DNA of 64,000 nucleotides, taken from assembly GCA_963705725.1 (NCBI GenBank), contig CAVPKM010000010.1, positions 1 to 64,000 of the forward strand, read 5' to 3'. This DNA is from an uncultured Gammaproteobacteria bacterium (GTDB taxonomy: Bacteria > Pseudomonadota > Gammaproteobacteria > UBA6002). This document shows, piece by piece, positions 10,048-20,610 of the stretch (position 1 is the stretch's first letter; every line of letters begins with the position of its first letter). The notes beneath the pieces were generated by a model. That model worked only from the letters and a program-made list of their open reading frames with translations. It did no database searches and had not been told where the DNA came from. The translations under genes and the position numbers were made by a program.

Positions 10048-10607
10048 ATGAAACAAAGAGAGAATAAAACGCGCTATGTCATATTAGGAATGTTGTCATT
10101 CGCACCCAAGTCTGGGTATGAAATTGGCAAAACCATTCAAAATAGCACTAAGTATTTTTGGTCAGAAAGTGATGGGCAGCTATATCCGATTTTGAAACAG
10201 CTAACTAAAGAAGAGTTGGTGATTTGTGTCGAACCTGAAACATTGCCTGGTAAACGTAGCAAAAAAATATATGAACTGACTGACAAAGGCCAAGCAGCAT
10301 TATTGGTTTGGTTGCGTCAACATCCGACGACATTTACGGTGCGCAATGAATTTTTACTGCAGTTGTTTTTTGGACATCAACTTTCCTGGAGGAAAATCGA
10401 GATAAAATCCAAGCGCTACAAGCACAATTAAATCAAGAACTTGCGGTGTATAACACCATCGAGACACGCATTAAAGAAAATAACCATGATTCGACTTATC
10501 TGCTGATGAGTTTGGCATATGGCCAACACGTCACTAAAGCTGAAATTTCTTGGTGTGAAGAAATGGCAAACCAATTAGAGCAAGAATATGGCAAGGAGAA
10601 GAAATGA
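10048..10607 (+). CDS. PadR/AphA family regulator with a 1-nt frameshift near 10389
   Basis: SGYEI, FWSESDGQLYP, KIYELTDKG; second frame continues EENRDKIQAL...LAYGQH..ISWCEE to a TGA overlapping the next ATG. Confidence 0.85.
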
Positions 10608-11926
10608 GTACTGTTGATAGCCCATTTTTACAAGGTGTATTTGCTCCTTGGAAAAATGAAGAAAATTTAGAGCAGTTAGAAGTAGCTGGAAACATACCTG
10701 CGGATTTGCGAGGGGTATTACTCCGTAATGGTCCTAACCCTCAGTTTGATCCAGTGGGCTCTTATCACTGGTTTGATGGTGATGGAATGGTACATGCGAT
10801 TCGGATCAAAGAAGGCCGAGCAAGTTATGATAACCGTTGGGTGAGAACAGAACGCTTTAAGCAAGAACGAGCTGCGAGAAGATCTTTACCTGACATGGAT
10901 CATACAACTGCAAATACAAATATTATCATGTATCACAACCGGCTTTTAGCCTTAAATGAAGGAGAAGTTCCAACAGAAATGCAATTATCCAATTTGGATA
11001 CCCTGAAACCTTTCACGTTTGATGGGCAAATCACGCGTGCTTTATCTGCACATCCGCGGTTTGACCATCGGCTTCAGGAGTTTTTGACTTATAGTTATAC
11101 TGATCCAGATGGACATTTAGTGTATTATCGTCTCGACGCCCAGCAGCGCATGTTTGCAGAGCATAGAATCAATTGGCCTTATGCATCCATGATGCACGAT
11201 TTTATTAATACTGAACATTATGTGATATTTCCAGTCTTTCCCTGCACACTGAGCTTTGAACGAGCACAACGAGGTGAGAACATTTTTATGTGGGAAGGAG
11301 ATCGGCTCAACACCCATTTTATTGTAACTGATCGATTCGGCCATGAAGTAATGCGTGTCGAAACTGATCCCTGCCATGTCTATCATTTTGGTAACGCTTT
11401 TGAGCGAGGAGATTTCATTTTTATCGATGCATTAGTGTCTGAAGTTGACCCCATGATGCCAAACCGATACGGTAAAATAGCGACTAATGCAGAGGGTGCT
11501 TCAAGTCTATCAAGATGGATTATTGACCTGAAAAAACGTTCCATTCATTTGGAGACTCTAGACAAAACTATTGGAGAATTTCCACGTTTTGATGAGCGAT
11601 TTAATGGCTATTCATATCATCATTTGTACATGAGTGGACAAAAAATCCCCGAAGGTTTATTTGATCGGATTGTGCATTATGATCTTCAAAAAAATAAACA
11701 TATCCTTCATGAATTTGGACAGGATATTCCAACTGAGCCTGTATTTGTACCACGATCTCCGACAGAAGGTGATGGCTATCTTTTAGTCGTGGTATATCGT
11801 ACCCAAGAAGATCGCAGCGACGTAGTGATTTTGGATGCACAGCAGATTGATACAGAACCGCTTGCTGTTATCAAAATTCCGCATAGGATTCCATTTGGAT
11901 TTCATGGAAATTTTGTACAGGCCTAG
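10604..11926 (+). CDS. carotenoid oxygenase / lignostilbene dioxygenase family enzyme (RPE65/CCD)
   Basis: LRNGPNP, HWFDGDGMVH; four Fe-ligand His motifs SAHPR, MMHDF, YHFGN, GFHG; EFPR and EPVFVP. Confidence 0.95.
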   Translation: MSTVDSPFLQGVFAPWKNEENLEQLEVAGNIPADLRGVLLRNGPNPQFDPVGSYHWFDGDGMVHAIRIKEGRASYDNRWVRTERFKQERAARRSLPDMDHTTANTNIIMYHNRLLALNEGEVPTEMQLSNLDTLKPFTFDGQITRALSAHPRFDHRLQEFLTYSYTDPDGHLVYYRLDAQQRMFAEHRINWPYASMMHDFINTEHYVIFPVFPCTLSFERAQRGENIFMWEGDRLNTHFIVTDRFGHEVMRVETDPCHVYHFGNAFERGDFIFIDALVSEVDPMMPNRYGKIATNAEGASSLSRWIIDLKKRSIHLETLDKTIGEFPRFDERFNGYSYHHLYMSGQKIPEGLFDRIVHYDLQKNKHILHEFGQDIPTEPVFVPRSPTEGDGYLLVVVYRTQEDRSDVVILDAQQIDTEPLAVIKIPHRIPFGFHGNFVQA

Positions 11927-12240
11927 TGTCTTGTCAACGTTCAATCTGTGGATGTTAACGGTTGTGTAAAAGCGCGTATAAATGGCGCAGGGTTTTGAGA
12001 AATATGAGCCTATGCGCGATGCGATCCTGGTTGTTAGCCATGCTCAAAATGGGTCGTCTTCATCGGAGGTCCCCCATTGAGTTGAAACCTCCTGTGCACA
12101 TGCTCAAATGTCATTGGGTGCTTCAACATATTGACCATACCGAAAGGGGTGTGCGGAAGAACCTCCAAAAAAAGGGATTTCAAGATAATCCTGTCGGATT
12201 CAAGTTCGGCGAACATGGTAAGGGGTTATCAAATGTCTTA
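11925..12240 (-). mobile_element. degenerate IS630-like remnant
   Basis: minus-strand LPCSPNLNP resembles the IS630 PxYSPxLNPIE motif; NPAPF near the end; multiple stops. Confidence 0.35.
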
Positions 12241-12533
12241 TTTCTATGGATGGCTATCAAACACGCATTTAATCTACTTGCAACATTGCTTAACCTAAAT
12301 TTATTTTTGGCTTGAATTACAGACTCGGTACAAATGCGAACTGGAAACGTGATTTTGGTTTAATTTAGTACTAATTCGGTTTGAAGTTAATTACGTTATC
12401 TAATAAATATCCAGAGTTATTTAAAACAAGTAAATTACTACAAATATAGATTTTATATGGACTTTGGCAGTATCAGTATTGATGAAATTAAGCAATGGTA
12501 CACCAATCACTGATCGCATAATTAGGGTTTGCA

Positions 12534-12778
12534 CTACAAATTAAAATGGCTAATGTTAATACCCCCACAAGCGATAACAAGAATAGATTCTGATGAATGA
12601 ATAATCGGGTGATTATCATAGACCACAGACATCGAAGCTCCACTTGAAAGCTCTACCAACATGCGCTGATCTTTTGCAAAATAACGACTGCCCTGTTCTG
12701 CGTCCGCATCGCTGACGACTATGTTTTTAATCACATTCTCTTTTGCCCATTGCATGAGCCTTGGTGTAACACTTTTTG
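12534..12778 (-). pseudogene. C-terminal remnant of a PLP-dependent serine/threonine dehydratase, cut by IS66
   Basis: VVSDADA, FAKDQRMLVELSSGA, LVIACGG; frame runs into the IS66 end. Confidence 0.75.
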
Positions 12779-12855
12779 GTATCCGCTAATTTAACCACCC
12801 ACTTATGCTATAACGTAAGTTCTTGCATACTCCTGTTTTTTTAAAGGAGTAGCGC

Positions 12856-13208
12856 ATGACAGCAACCCATAATTCGCCTTCTCAAAAAACTCTGGCATTA
12901 AATATGGAAAAATGGCGATCAATAATTACAGATTGGGAATTAAGCAAAGAAAGTCAAAAAAAATATTGTGAGCGGTTAGGGATAAGTTTAAATACTTTTA
13001 CGCATGCCCGTAGCAAGTTAATTCGAGATAAAAAAATAAACCCGCGTTTATTCCTCTCTCTTTGAATCCAATCGAGATTCAAAATTCTTCGAGCATTAAT
13101 ACCGTGATTATTGAAAACCCGAAGGGATTTAAACTCCATGTTTCATCAGAATTATCGTTAGATCGTTTAGTGAAAATTTTTAAATTATGTGGGTGGTTAA
13201 ATGCTTAA
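12856..13208 (+). pseudogene. tnpA: IS66 TnpA, frameshifted in this copy
   Basis: one A fewer near 13040 (TAAACCCG) than copy 2 (TAAAACCCG). Confidence 0.8.
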
Positions 13209-13557
13209 GTTACGAGACGAAGTAAAAATTTATGTGAGCATGGAGCCTATAGATGCGAGAAAAAGCATTGATAGTTTATGTATCCTTATTGTCGAAAATT
13301 TTAAGGATAATCCACAATGTGGGAGCCTCTTTATTTTTTTTAATAAATCACGAGATAAAGTAAAAATTATTTGGTGGGATGCAAATGGTTTTATTCTACA
13401 TTACAAGCGCCTTGAAAAAGGACGCTTTGTTCTGCCAAAATTAAGTGGAATTGATAAACTAGAAATTTCACAAACTCAGCTTCACGGTTTATTGGCAGGT
13501 TTAGATTTCTCACTCATGCGCCATTTTCCTGAAATAAATTATTATCAATATGCATAA
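13201..13557 (+). CDS. tnpB: IS66 accessory protein TnpB
   Basis: PIDARKSIDSL, KIIWWDANGF, KRLEKGRF. Confidence 0.95.
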   Translation: MLKLRDEVKIYVSMEPIDARKSIDSLCILIVENFKDNPQCGSLFIFFNKSRDKVKIIWWDANGFILHYKRLEKGRFVLPKLSGIDKLEISQTQLHGLLAGLDFSLMRHFPEINYYQYA

Positions 13558-13597
13558 AACAGTGAGGCATAGTGGAAAATTATAGTATCATGTCTCC

Positions 13598-15145
13598 ATG
13601 GATAGATCTCATGAATTACAAGCGATATCAAAAGAAGAATTAATTAAAATAATTCAACAAAAAAACACCCTCCTTTTTGAACAAGCAAAACAAATTCAAT
13701 TTTTAGAAGAGCAAATTCTTGCCTATCGACTTCGCCAATTTGCCAATAAATCCGAGAAAATTAATCCTAATCAAATTTCTCTTTTTGATGAGGCGGTATT
13801 GCCTAAATCAGAAGAGAAAATCTTATCACAAGAAGAAGTCATCACGGTTGCTTCTTATACTAAAAGTAAGCAGGTAGGGAGAAGAGCACTACCTGCAGAA
13901 TTATTTCGTATACCTCGAATCTATGATTTATCTGAAGATGAAAAAATTTGTCAATGCGGTTGTGCATTAACTCACATTAAAGATGAAAAAAGCGAGCAAC
14001 TCGAAATTATTCCAGCAAAAATTTATGTCATCGAGCATATCAGAAAAAAATATGCCTGCAAAAAATGTCAAGAAACCATTAAGCTAGCAAAACAACCTGC
14101 TGCACCTATTCCAAGGAGTATTGCAGCAAGTGGATTATTAAGTCACGTATTGGTTTCAAAATTTCAAGATCACTTGCCGCTATTTCGCCAAGAAAAAATA
14201 TTAAAACGCATTGGTGTGGATATTCCTCGAGCCACATTATGTTTATGGGTGATCAAGTGTGCTGAACTTTTGCTGCCGATTTTAAAACTAATGCATGATC
14301 GAATATTAACTTATGATATTGCTTATGTTGATGAAACCACATTGCAAGTTATTAAAGAACAGAATAAAAGTATAAAAAGTAAAAAATACATGTGGCTTTA
14401 TTCAGGCGGACCCAAAGCACAATTTGTTTATTACTACCAATATCATCCTTCACGCTCACACGAAGTCGCCGATGCTTTTTTTGCGGATTTTTCAGGCTAC
14501 TTACACTGTGATGGCTTCATTGGGTATGACACATTAGCGGGAAAAAGAAAAACGATAAAACTGGTTGGCTGTTGGTATCACGCGAGACGAAAATTTATTG
14601 AAGTTACAAAGCTCATGCCAAATAAAGAAGGGGTGGCTTGGCATATTGTTAAACTCATTGCAAAACTCAGCGTGATTGAAGAAGAAATAAAAATCTTATC
14701 TGCTGCAGAAAAACAGGCTATTCGACAAGCGAAATCGAAAGTGATTATCAATGAAATACAGGATTATCTCATCAAACATCAATCTATTATTCCACCAAAA
14801 AGTTTATTAGGAGAAGCGGTAGGTTATACACTCAATCAATGGCCAAAATTATTAAGATTTCTTGATGATGGACGTCTCGATATTAGTAATAATCTTTCTG
14901 AGCGAGGCATTAAACCTTTTGTAATCGGCAGAAAAGGTTGGCTCTTTGCTGATAGTGTGGCTGGCGCTCATGCAGCAGCAACAATTTTTAGCATCATTGA
15001 AACTTGCAAGTATCATCAAGTTGAGCCTTATGATTATTTGCGATATGTGCTTGATGTCATACCCCGATGCAACACGATTGAAGATTACGAAAAACTCCTT
15101 CCTTATAATATTGATCGAGCACTGCTGGTTAGCCAAGTGCGCTGA
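13598..15145 (+). CDS. tnpC: IS66 DDE transposase TnpC
   Basis: CxC/CxxC zinc finger, VDET, CDGF, CWYHARRKF, SNNLSERGIK. Confidence 0.97.
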   Translation: MDRSHELQAISKEELIKIIQQKNTLLFEQAKQIQFLEEQILAYRLRQFANKSEKINPNQISLFDEAVLPKSEEKILSQEEVITVASYTKSKQVGRRALPAELFRIPRIYDLSEDEKICQCGCALTHIKDEKSEQLEIIPAKIYVIEHIRKKYACKKCQETIKLAKQPAAPIPRSIAASGLLSHVLVSKFQDHLPLFRQEKILKRIGVDIPRATLCLWVIKCAELLLPILKLMHDRILTYDIAYVDETTLQVIKEQNKSIKSKKYMWLYSGGPKAQFVYYYQYHPSRSHEVADAFFADFSGYLHCDGFIGYDTLAGKRKTIKLVGCWYHARRKFIEVTKLMPNKEGVAWHIVKLIAKLSVIEEEIKILSAAEKQAIRQAKSKVIINEIQDYLIKHQSIIPPKSLLGEAVGYTLNQWPKLLRFLDDGRLDISNNLSERGIKPFVIGRKGWLFADSVAGAHAAATIFSIIETCKYHQVEPYDYLRYVLDVIPRCNTIEDYEKLLPYNIDRALLVSQVR

Positions 15146-15169
15146 AAGGGCTGATTAATTAGCGGATAC

Positions 15170-15608
15170 GTCATTTCGATAACTGGACACTGAATCATGA
15201 TTTAGGGGGAATGAAACATTATCTGAATAATAATCCCGTTAATGTACTTGAGATTATGATAAGTGATTATAATCACGAAAGGTGTGAGATTCTAATCAGT
15301 GCTGGCTATAGAGAATCCCCTAATGCACTTTCACTAGTTCAGAGAACAATCGGCAATTACTAGAAGCACTTCAAAATCATGGGATAACAGCTGATCTTAA
15401 TGGTGGCGGTACCCTTGTAGTTTTTCCTAGTGCAGAATTAGATTATCTAAATATGTTTAATCTAGAGACCTCTGCAGAGGAATTAGTTCAGGTTCTCCCT
15501 CAAATATTAGATGCTTTACAAGATATAGAACCCTCGATTGTTGCTATTCGGGATGATGTGATGGATACATTTCCTGAGCGCCATCCTGGTCCAGAAATAA
15601 CTGGTTAA
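15170..15608 (+). pseudogene. interrupted hypothetical gene truncated by IS66
   Basis: two long start-less open stretches ending ...FPERHPGPEITG*. Confidence 0.3.
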
Positions 15609-15819
15609 TGCTACTTCGTTAAGTTTTAGCCAGCAAAGTTAGTTGTCACGAGCTGCAATGTTAGTTGACATTTGACGATCAGCACCCTAAAGGAACCATC
15701 AAACCGCAATAGCATGGCCCCCGCCACTTCACAACGGCTTCAAAGCAAGTAAAAAATAAATTTTAACACTTTAAAAAAGTGCAAAACCCCCTGAATACCA
15801 CCTGAATTAATGACATCCA

Positions 15820-17946
15820 CTAACTAGACTCTATCGGATTCACATCAAATTTACCCTTGAAATAATCATGCTGATAATACCGCACTTTTTTACACTTAAT
15901 CGGAGGCAGGCCATGCATGAAAATAAACTGCTCCTCTGAGTTAAGCTCTCGGATTTCATTTAGCGGAATTAAATCCACGCCAGTCTCTTGATAACTTTCT
16001 CCTTCTCCAGATGAAACCGTTCCGCCTACCCATTGCATTTTTTGTTTGGAATCTCCTTCATTGGAAGAAAGTGTTTTCGTCATAATCGTTTTTTTTCCGC
16101 CTAATGCTTGTATCCATTGCAGGGTTTCTACATCATCATTGGTAAAAATCTGCTTAATCGGTGCACCCATAAAAAGATCCGGTTTTTTATAAAGCTTAAT
16201 TTGACTTAAGGTTTGAAACACGGTCCACACCACTAATTTTCTTGCTCTTAATACTTCAATGGCTTGTTCTACATCGGGACAGTAACCCAGCTGCGCCAAT
16301 TCATCTAAAAGAAATAACATCTTCTCTTTGGGCAGTTTACTTGGAGGCGTTTGGACAATTAAACTGGTCAAGAGTGAAAGTAGCATCCTGACAAAGCGTT
16401 GGTGTTCTTTAATTTGATCTTCCGGTAAAATCACATAGATATCCATTTGTCCGGTCATAAATTTGTTCAAATCAACATTACTTTTAGCTAACAGGGCGTT
16501 AATATTGGTATCACTCATCCAATCAATTTGCCGATAACTGGTCGATAAAATGCTCCCTCGCTCATCGACCCCTACTCGAGAAATTTGATTCGCTGCCGCT
16601 GCTGCTCGCCCGGAGAGTGTGGCCATATGTTGAAACGTCTCATTGGCCTGGTCTTGATGCTCAGAAAGTAATGCATATAAAGTTTTCAGGTTACGCGCCG
16701 CTTTAGGCAAAGCCCGCATCATGTAATCAATCAAGCCGCGAATTAAAATCTTGGCATTCTCATCAAAATGCTGGCTACTCCCGCCTTCATTAATAATAAA
16801 CGAAGCGGCAAACGCATTAATCATGCGATCACGAAGTTTTGGGTCTTCGGGTATCCAATCAAAGGGATTCAATGTGTAATCATTAAGGAGCGCCTTATCT
16901 TTTCCTTTTGCAAAATCAGGGGATCGGGTTAATCCATAAGGGTCGAGGGCCACGACCGCTTTGTTAAAGGCTTCCCTTCTAAACCGGCTAGTCACTGCCC
17001 AAAGCTCCCCTTTAATATCGAATACAAAACAATTGCCCGGATGGCTTAATAAGACATTAACCGAAGAACACGAGGTCTTCCCGCCGCCTTGCGGAGAAAG
17101 CGTTAATTTATTCAAAAGCGGCAAGTAAAGGCTTCGCCCGTTTTCATCCTGGCCACTTAAAATGGCATGATGACCCTCATAGAAACCAGCTCGTTTTATT
17201 TCCTCATCCTTTACAAAACGCGCACTGCCAAAACTGTTTGAGGTTTCTGCCTCTATAACTAACACCTTATTGTTAACTAGCTGGCACATTCGGTAGAGTA
17301 AAAAAAGCATGAAGAACAAGGGCGATAACAAAATAAACAGGTTTTTTGCATGAAACATCATATGCGCCGCTAGGCTGAGTTCAGTAGGATCCTGCTTTTT
17401 TACTTCAAAAAATACTGACAATAAGATGAATGTACAAAATAAGCCGACAACCAGCGCATGCTGCTTCGCTAACTTTTTCACATCCTGATGAAAGGATTTT
17501 TTCAGAAAATAATTTAAAATTAAGGTCCCGCTTAAACTGAAAAGATAACTGAAAACCAGACAGAACAATAACGGCGAACCGATTCGAAATATTGTTTCTT
17601 CGCTATGAATAAAAAGTAGGAGAGGCACTAAGGCAAAAAAAATTAACCCCCACCCTAAAAATTTTGTGACATTTCGCCCTACCCTTAACAAGACTTCAGA
17701 TGAAAAAAATGATGCGCTTTTTTGGTTCGCTTGAATGATTAACAATCCTGCAAGTAGCAAAACAATAACAATAAGCTGAAATGTCCAAGAAGTGTGAAAT
17801 AAATAGAAAATCGCCTCGTCCAAAAACCCTGCCTGTTTTTGCTCCCACCCTATTTTGATCATCGACAATAATTGAAAAAATAGGCTGCCGATATCAAGCC
17901 AAACAAAAATTTTTAGCAAAGCAGAAAGCGTGACTCTCATAAGCAC
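15820..17946 (-). CDS. traG: type IV coupling protein TraG/VirD4 with extended N-terminal membrane region
   Basis: FGSARF, Walker A SPQGGGKT, FDIKGEL, LLDELAQLG, FQTLSQI. Confidence 0.92.
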   Translation of the reverse strand: MLMRVTLSALLKIFVWLDIGSLFFQLLSMIKIGWEQKQAGFLDEAIFYLFHTSWTFQLIVIVLLLAGLLIIQANQKSASFFSSEVLLRVGRNVTKFLGWGLIFFALVPLLLFIHSEETIFRIGSPLLFCLVFSYLFSLSGTLILNYFLKKSFHQDVKKLAKQHALVVGLFCTFILLSVFFEVKKQDPTELSLAAHMMFHAKNLFILLSPLFFMLFLLYRMCQLVNNKVLVIEAETSNSFGSARFVKDEEIKRAGFYEGHHAILSGQDENGRSLYLPLLNKLTLSPQGGGKTSCSSVNVLLSHPGNCFVFDIKGELWAVTSRFRREAFNKAVVALDPYGLTRSPDFAKGKDKALLNDYTLNPFDWIPEDPKLRDRMINAFAASFIINEGGSSQHFDENAKILIRGLIDYMMRALPKAARNLKTLYALLSEHQDQANETFQHMATLSGRAAAAANQISRVGVDERGSILSTSYRQIDWMSDTNINALLAKSNVDLNKFMTGQMDIYVILPEDQIKEHQRFVRMLLSLLTSLIVQTPPSKLPKEKMLFLLDELAQLGYCPDVEQAIEVLRARKLVVWTVFQTLSQIKLYKKPDLFMGAPIKQIFTNDDVETLQWIQALGGKKTIMTKTLSSNEGDSKQKMQWVGGTVSSGEGESYQETGVDLIPLNEIRELNSEEQFIFMHGLPPIKCKKVRYYQHDYFKGKFDVNPIESS

Positions 17947-18539
17947 TCCTCCCTGAACCGCCCTTGCAGTGACTTAAAATAGGCCAGGTAGGCTTTTGTC
18001 TCCTGAGGGAGGGGTAATTCCTCAATGGGAAGAGTCGGCGCTTTAATTAACAGGCGTTTAACGCGATTTTCCCCTGCATTGTAAGCGGCAATGGCAAGTT
18101 CCCAGCTGCCAAACTTTTGATGGAGCTGGTTAAGATAAATAAGCGCGCCTTTTGTCGAGGCATTCAGGTTAAAGCGATCTTCTTCTGTCAATCCTAATGA
18201 TTTAGCTGTCGCTGGCATCAGTTGCCAGAGTCCGGCTGCTCCTTTTTTAGAAATAGCCTGTTGCGTATAGTGACTTTCGATCAGGGGAAGGAAGGCTAGC
18301 GATTTGGGCAGATGTTGCTCTGCGAGTTTTGCCAGAATAAACGTAAGCTGACCTTGTTCAAGCGCTTGGTTAATTGAATAATCTATTACATTTTTTTTCC
18401 GATGAGAAAAAGTCCGCGTTTTCACTTCCTCCCTACTTCCGAGATACACCCTATTCCCTTGCACCTGCTTAACCACTACCTCTCTTGCCTCAATTGCAGA
18501 AAAATAACCAAAAAGCAAAATAAGCAACATGCACTTCAC
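17937..18539 (-). CDS. lytic transglycosylase (SLT; VirB1/TrbN role)
   Basis: signal peptide, LIES, GAAGLWQLMP, AAYNAGE, PQETKAY. Confidence 0.92.
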   Translation of the reverse strand: MKCMLLILLFGYFSAIEAREVVVKQVQGNRVYLGSREEVKTRTFSHRKKNVIDYSINQALEQGQLTFILAKLAEQHLPKSLAFLPLIESHYTQQAISKKGAAGLWQLMPATAKSLGLTEEDRFNLNASTKGALIYLNQLHQKFGSWELAIAAYNAGENRVKRLLIKAPTLPIEELPLPQETKAYLAYFKSLQGRFREECL

Positions 18540-19651
18540 GGTTTAGCCCAATAAGGCGTATCAAAAACCAGGTCCTTGGTGACGGTGATGTTAAATAAAT
18601 AGCCAGGGCGGATCGTCAAGGTGGGGTCAATGTCTGCAGTTTTTGATAAAAATTTGGAACCCGCTTCAGATAATTGTTGGCTCGCACTTTGCGAGAATAA
18701 CTCCCCTACCGTTAAGGGATTAAGGTGGGGATTTACAGCCTGCCTTTCTTCTCCTAGCGATAATAGACTCATTAAAAAAGCCGACCTCAGTAATGCGCCA
18801 TAATGGTTATCTACTTTATCTTTTAAGCCAGCATACCCTTCCAGATCACTGCCCGGCATCCCTCCTAAACGGATACTGTCACCACTTGGTAAAATAATAC
18901 GCTGCCAAATTAAGAATAATCGCTTTTGTCCAAAGCAAAGTTTTGATTCATAGTTTCCGATCAGTTTTGATCCTTGCGGAATCAGTAAATATTGACCATG
19001 AATCGAGTCATACACCGAGGTTCTGACCATGGCCATCACTTGACCCGGGAGGCTTGAATTAATTCCCGTCATTAATATTCCCGGAATAATCGTGCCTGCT
19101 TGTAGCACATATGGAGCGGCATTTTTTTCAATAGCAGGTGAATCAGCCTGCACACTTTTTTCTTGAATTGTTTCATTTGGGTTTTCATTTGAACCACTTC
19201 CTGCATGATTTTCCTCTCCATTGTTAGCTTCTTTTGCTAAAGCTTGCGCTTGATTATTTTCGGCAACAATTTGATTACTGCTGATACTGGCTGCCATGGC
19301 TTTTCGCTCTTCTTCTAAACTAGGGGGAATCATATTAGGTGCAGAAGCTTTCTCATCCAACGGCGAATCATCTTGTTTAGGTGCGGGCAAATTAATCAGG
19401 GAAGACTTCGGCAAGTCTTTAAATCGTTTCGCTTCATTTTGATACCAATCCCGATCCAACTGACTGGCTATCGAAAATAACGTCGGCTTTTTTTTATCGA
19501 CCGGATGGTGCAATGCAAAAAAAGTACGCACCAGATTAATTAACGCAATCAACAAAAGACCTGTCATCAACCCCATCAATACCCACTTCCAAATGGGGCG
19601 AAGCGAGACTAACGCTGTTGAGTTTTGCTTGATTTGACTGGCTTTACCCAT
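18536..19651 (-). CDS. trbI: TrbI/VirB10
   Basis: LQAGTIIPGILMTGINSSLPG, IPQGSKLIG, DKVDNHY, PTLTIRPG. Confidence 0.95.
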   Translation of the reverse strand: MGKASQIKQNSTALVSLRPIWKWVLMGLMTGLLLIALINLVRTFFALHHPVDKKKPTLFSIASQLDRDWYQNEAKRFKDLPKSSLINLPAPKQDDSPLDEKASAPNMIPPSLEEERKAMAASISSNQIVAENNQAQALAKEANNGEENHAGSGSNENPNETIQEKSVQADSPAIEKNAAPYVLQAGTIIPGILMTGINSSLPGQVMAMVRTSVYDSIHGQYLLIPQGSKLIGNYESKLCFGQKRLFLIWQRIILPSGDSIRLGGMPGSDLEGYAGLKDKVDNHYGALLRSAFLMSLLSLGEERQAVNPHLNPLTVGELFSQSASQQLSEAGSKFLSKTADIDPTLTIRPGYLFNITVTKDLVFDTPYWAKP

Positions 19652-19655
19652 CTTG

Positions 19656-20594
19656 TTAGGCCTTTTGGTTAATCAGTGTTAATGAGGCTTGATGCTTTCC
19701 TGCCCCGCTAATTAATAGCGCCTTTGAAAAAACTTGATCGATCACAAAGTAAGGGGCGTTAAAGCGATAATTCGCCATCTGCATTTGATGGTGACATTGC
19801 ACAAAGAGGGCCGGTAAATTTGCTTTTTTCATTTGATCATTAAATTCAATAAAGGTGTGCCGGCCATCATCGAAAATCCGAATGGGCGTCCAGCTCGGTT
19901 GCTGACTAAAAAAAGGGGCGCGAATTTTATAATCAAAATTTAAATGGCGGGGATCAATTGCATTGTCACTTTCATTGAGCGGGGCCCCTTCCATTAACTG
20001 ATTGCGTTTAGTATTACTCGCTTGATTCAGGCTCTGTTGAAGATCCTCGGGATACCAAAAACGCACATCTCGAAAATAATGGGGGCTTTGCCGGGAGACT
20101 AACTTGATCGTATAGAAACGCTTATCGGTCATGATCACCAAATCCGTACTAATATTGGGCAGTGCGGGTTTCACCATTACATGGGCTCGGCGCTTTTCTT
20201 TTCCGGAATAAGCGAGAGAATAAGACCAGCGCATCGGATCACCTGAACTCACATTGGTGACCCATTCCCCGGCCTCTAAAGTAATCACCGACAGCTCAAA
20301 GGGGCTGGCCGGCACAATCGGTTGCTGCGCCCCGTAAGCAAACGCCACAAACCCTTCTGTAATAATATTTGGCGCTTTACCCGTTTTTAAATATGTGTGA
20401 TAGGCTTTTTCTAAGGCAGAATCATTGCCGGTTTGCAAAGAAAAAGAGGGAAGAGGCGGTTTCAATAAGATCGGTTGATAAACGATTTGTCTGGCTGCAT
20501 TAAAAGGCAGCAGGCTTTCTTTAGCAAACGTGCTTGCTGTCAATAAGAGAAAACAAAAAATTAAGGGTCGCTGCTTATTGAGGTTTTTTTTCAT
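19656..20594 (-). CDS. trbG: TrbG/VirB9
   Basis: ITLEAGE, GDPMRW, LNFDY, WTPIRIFDDG, PALFV. Confidence 0.92.
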   Translation of the reverse strand: MKKNLNKQRPLIFCFLLLTASTFAKESLLPFNAARQIVYQPILLKPPLPSFSLQTGNDSALEKAYHTYLKTGKAPNIITEGFVAFAYGAQQPIVPASPFELSVITLEAGEWVTNVSSGDPMRWSYSLAYSGKEKRRAHVMVKPALPNISTDLVIMTDKRFYTIKLVSRQSPHYFRDVRFWYPEDLQQSLNQASNTKRNQLMEGAPLNESDNAIDPRHLNFDYKIRAPFFSQQPSWTPIRIFDDGRHTFIEFNDQMKKANLPALFVQCHHQMQMANYRFNAPYFVIDQVFSKALLISGAGKHQASLTLINQKA

Positions 20595-20610
20595 CGTATT
20601 TCCGCCTTTT

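Larger units (their letters stand above)
12779..15169 (+). mobile_element. IS66 family element, copy 1
   Basis: TIRs GTATCCGCTAATT / AATTAGCGGATAC; tnpA-tnpB-tnpC; flanks ACTTTTTG and GTCATTTC are not duplicated. Confidence 0.96.

Noticed and set aside
10380-10400. Programmed frameshift in padR
   Set aside because: Single missing G at a CCTGG site with no slippery motif; sequencing error or simple mutation is more likely
13030-13045. Programmed frameshift in IS66 tnpA copy 1
   Set aside because: Copy 2 is intact with one more A, so this is a homopolymer indel
13201-13557. RNA-guided TnpB nuclease
   Set aside because: This is the unrelated 118-aa IS66 accessory TnpB with no RuvC motifs
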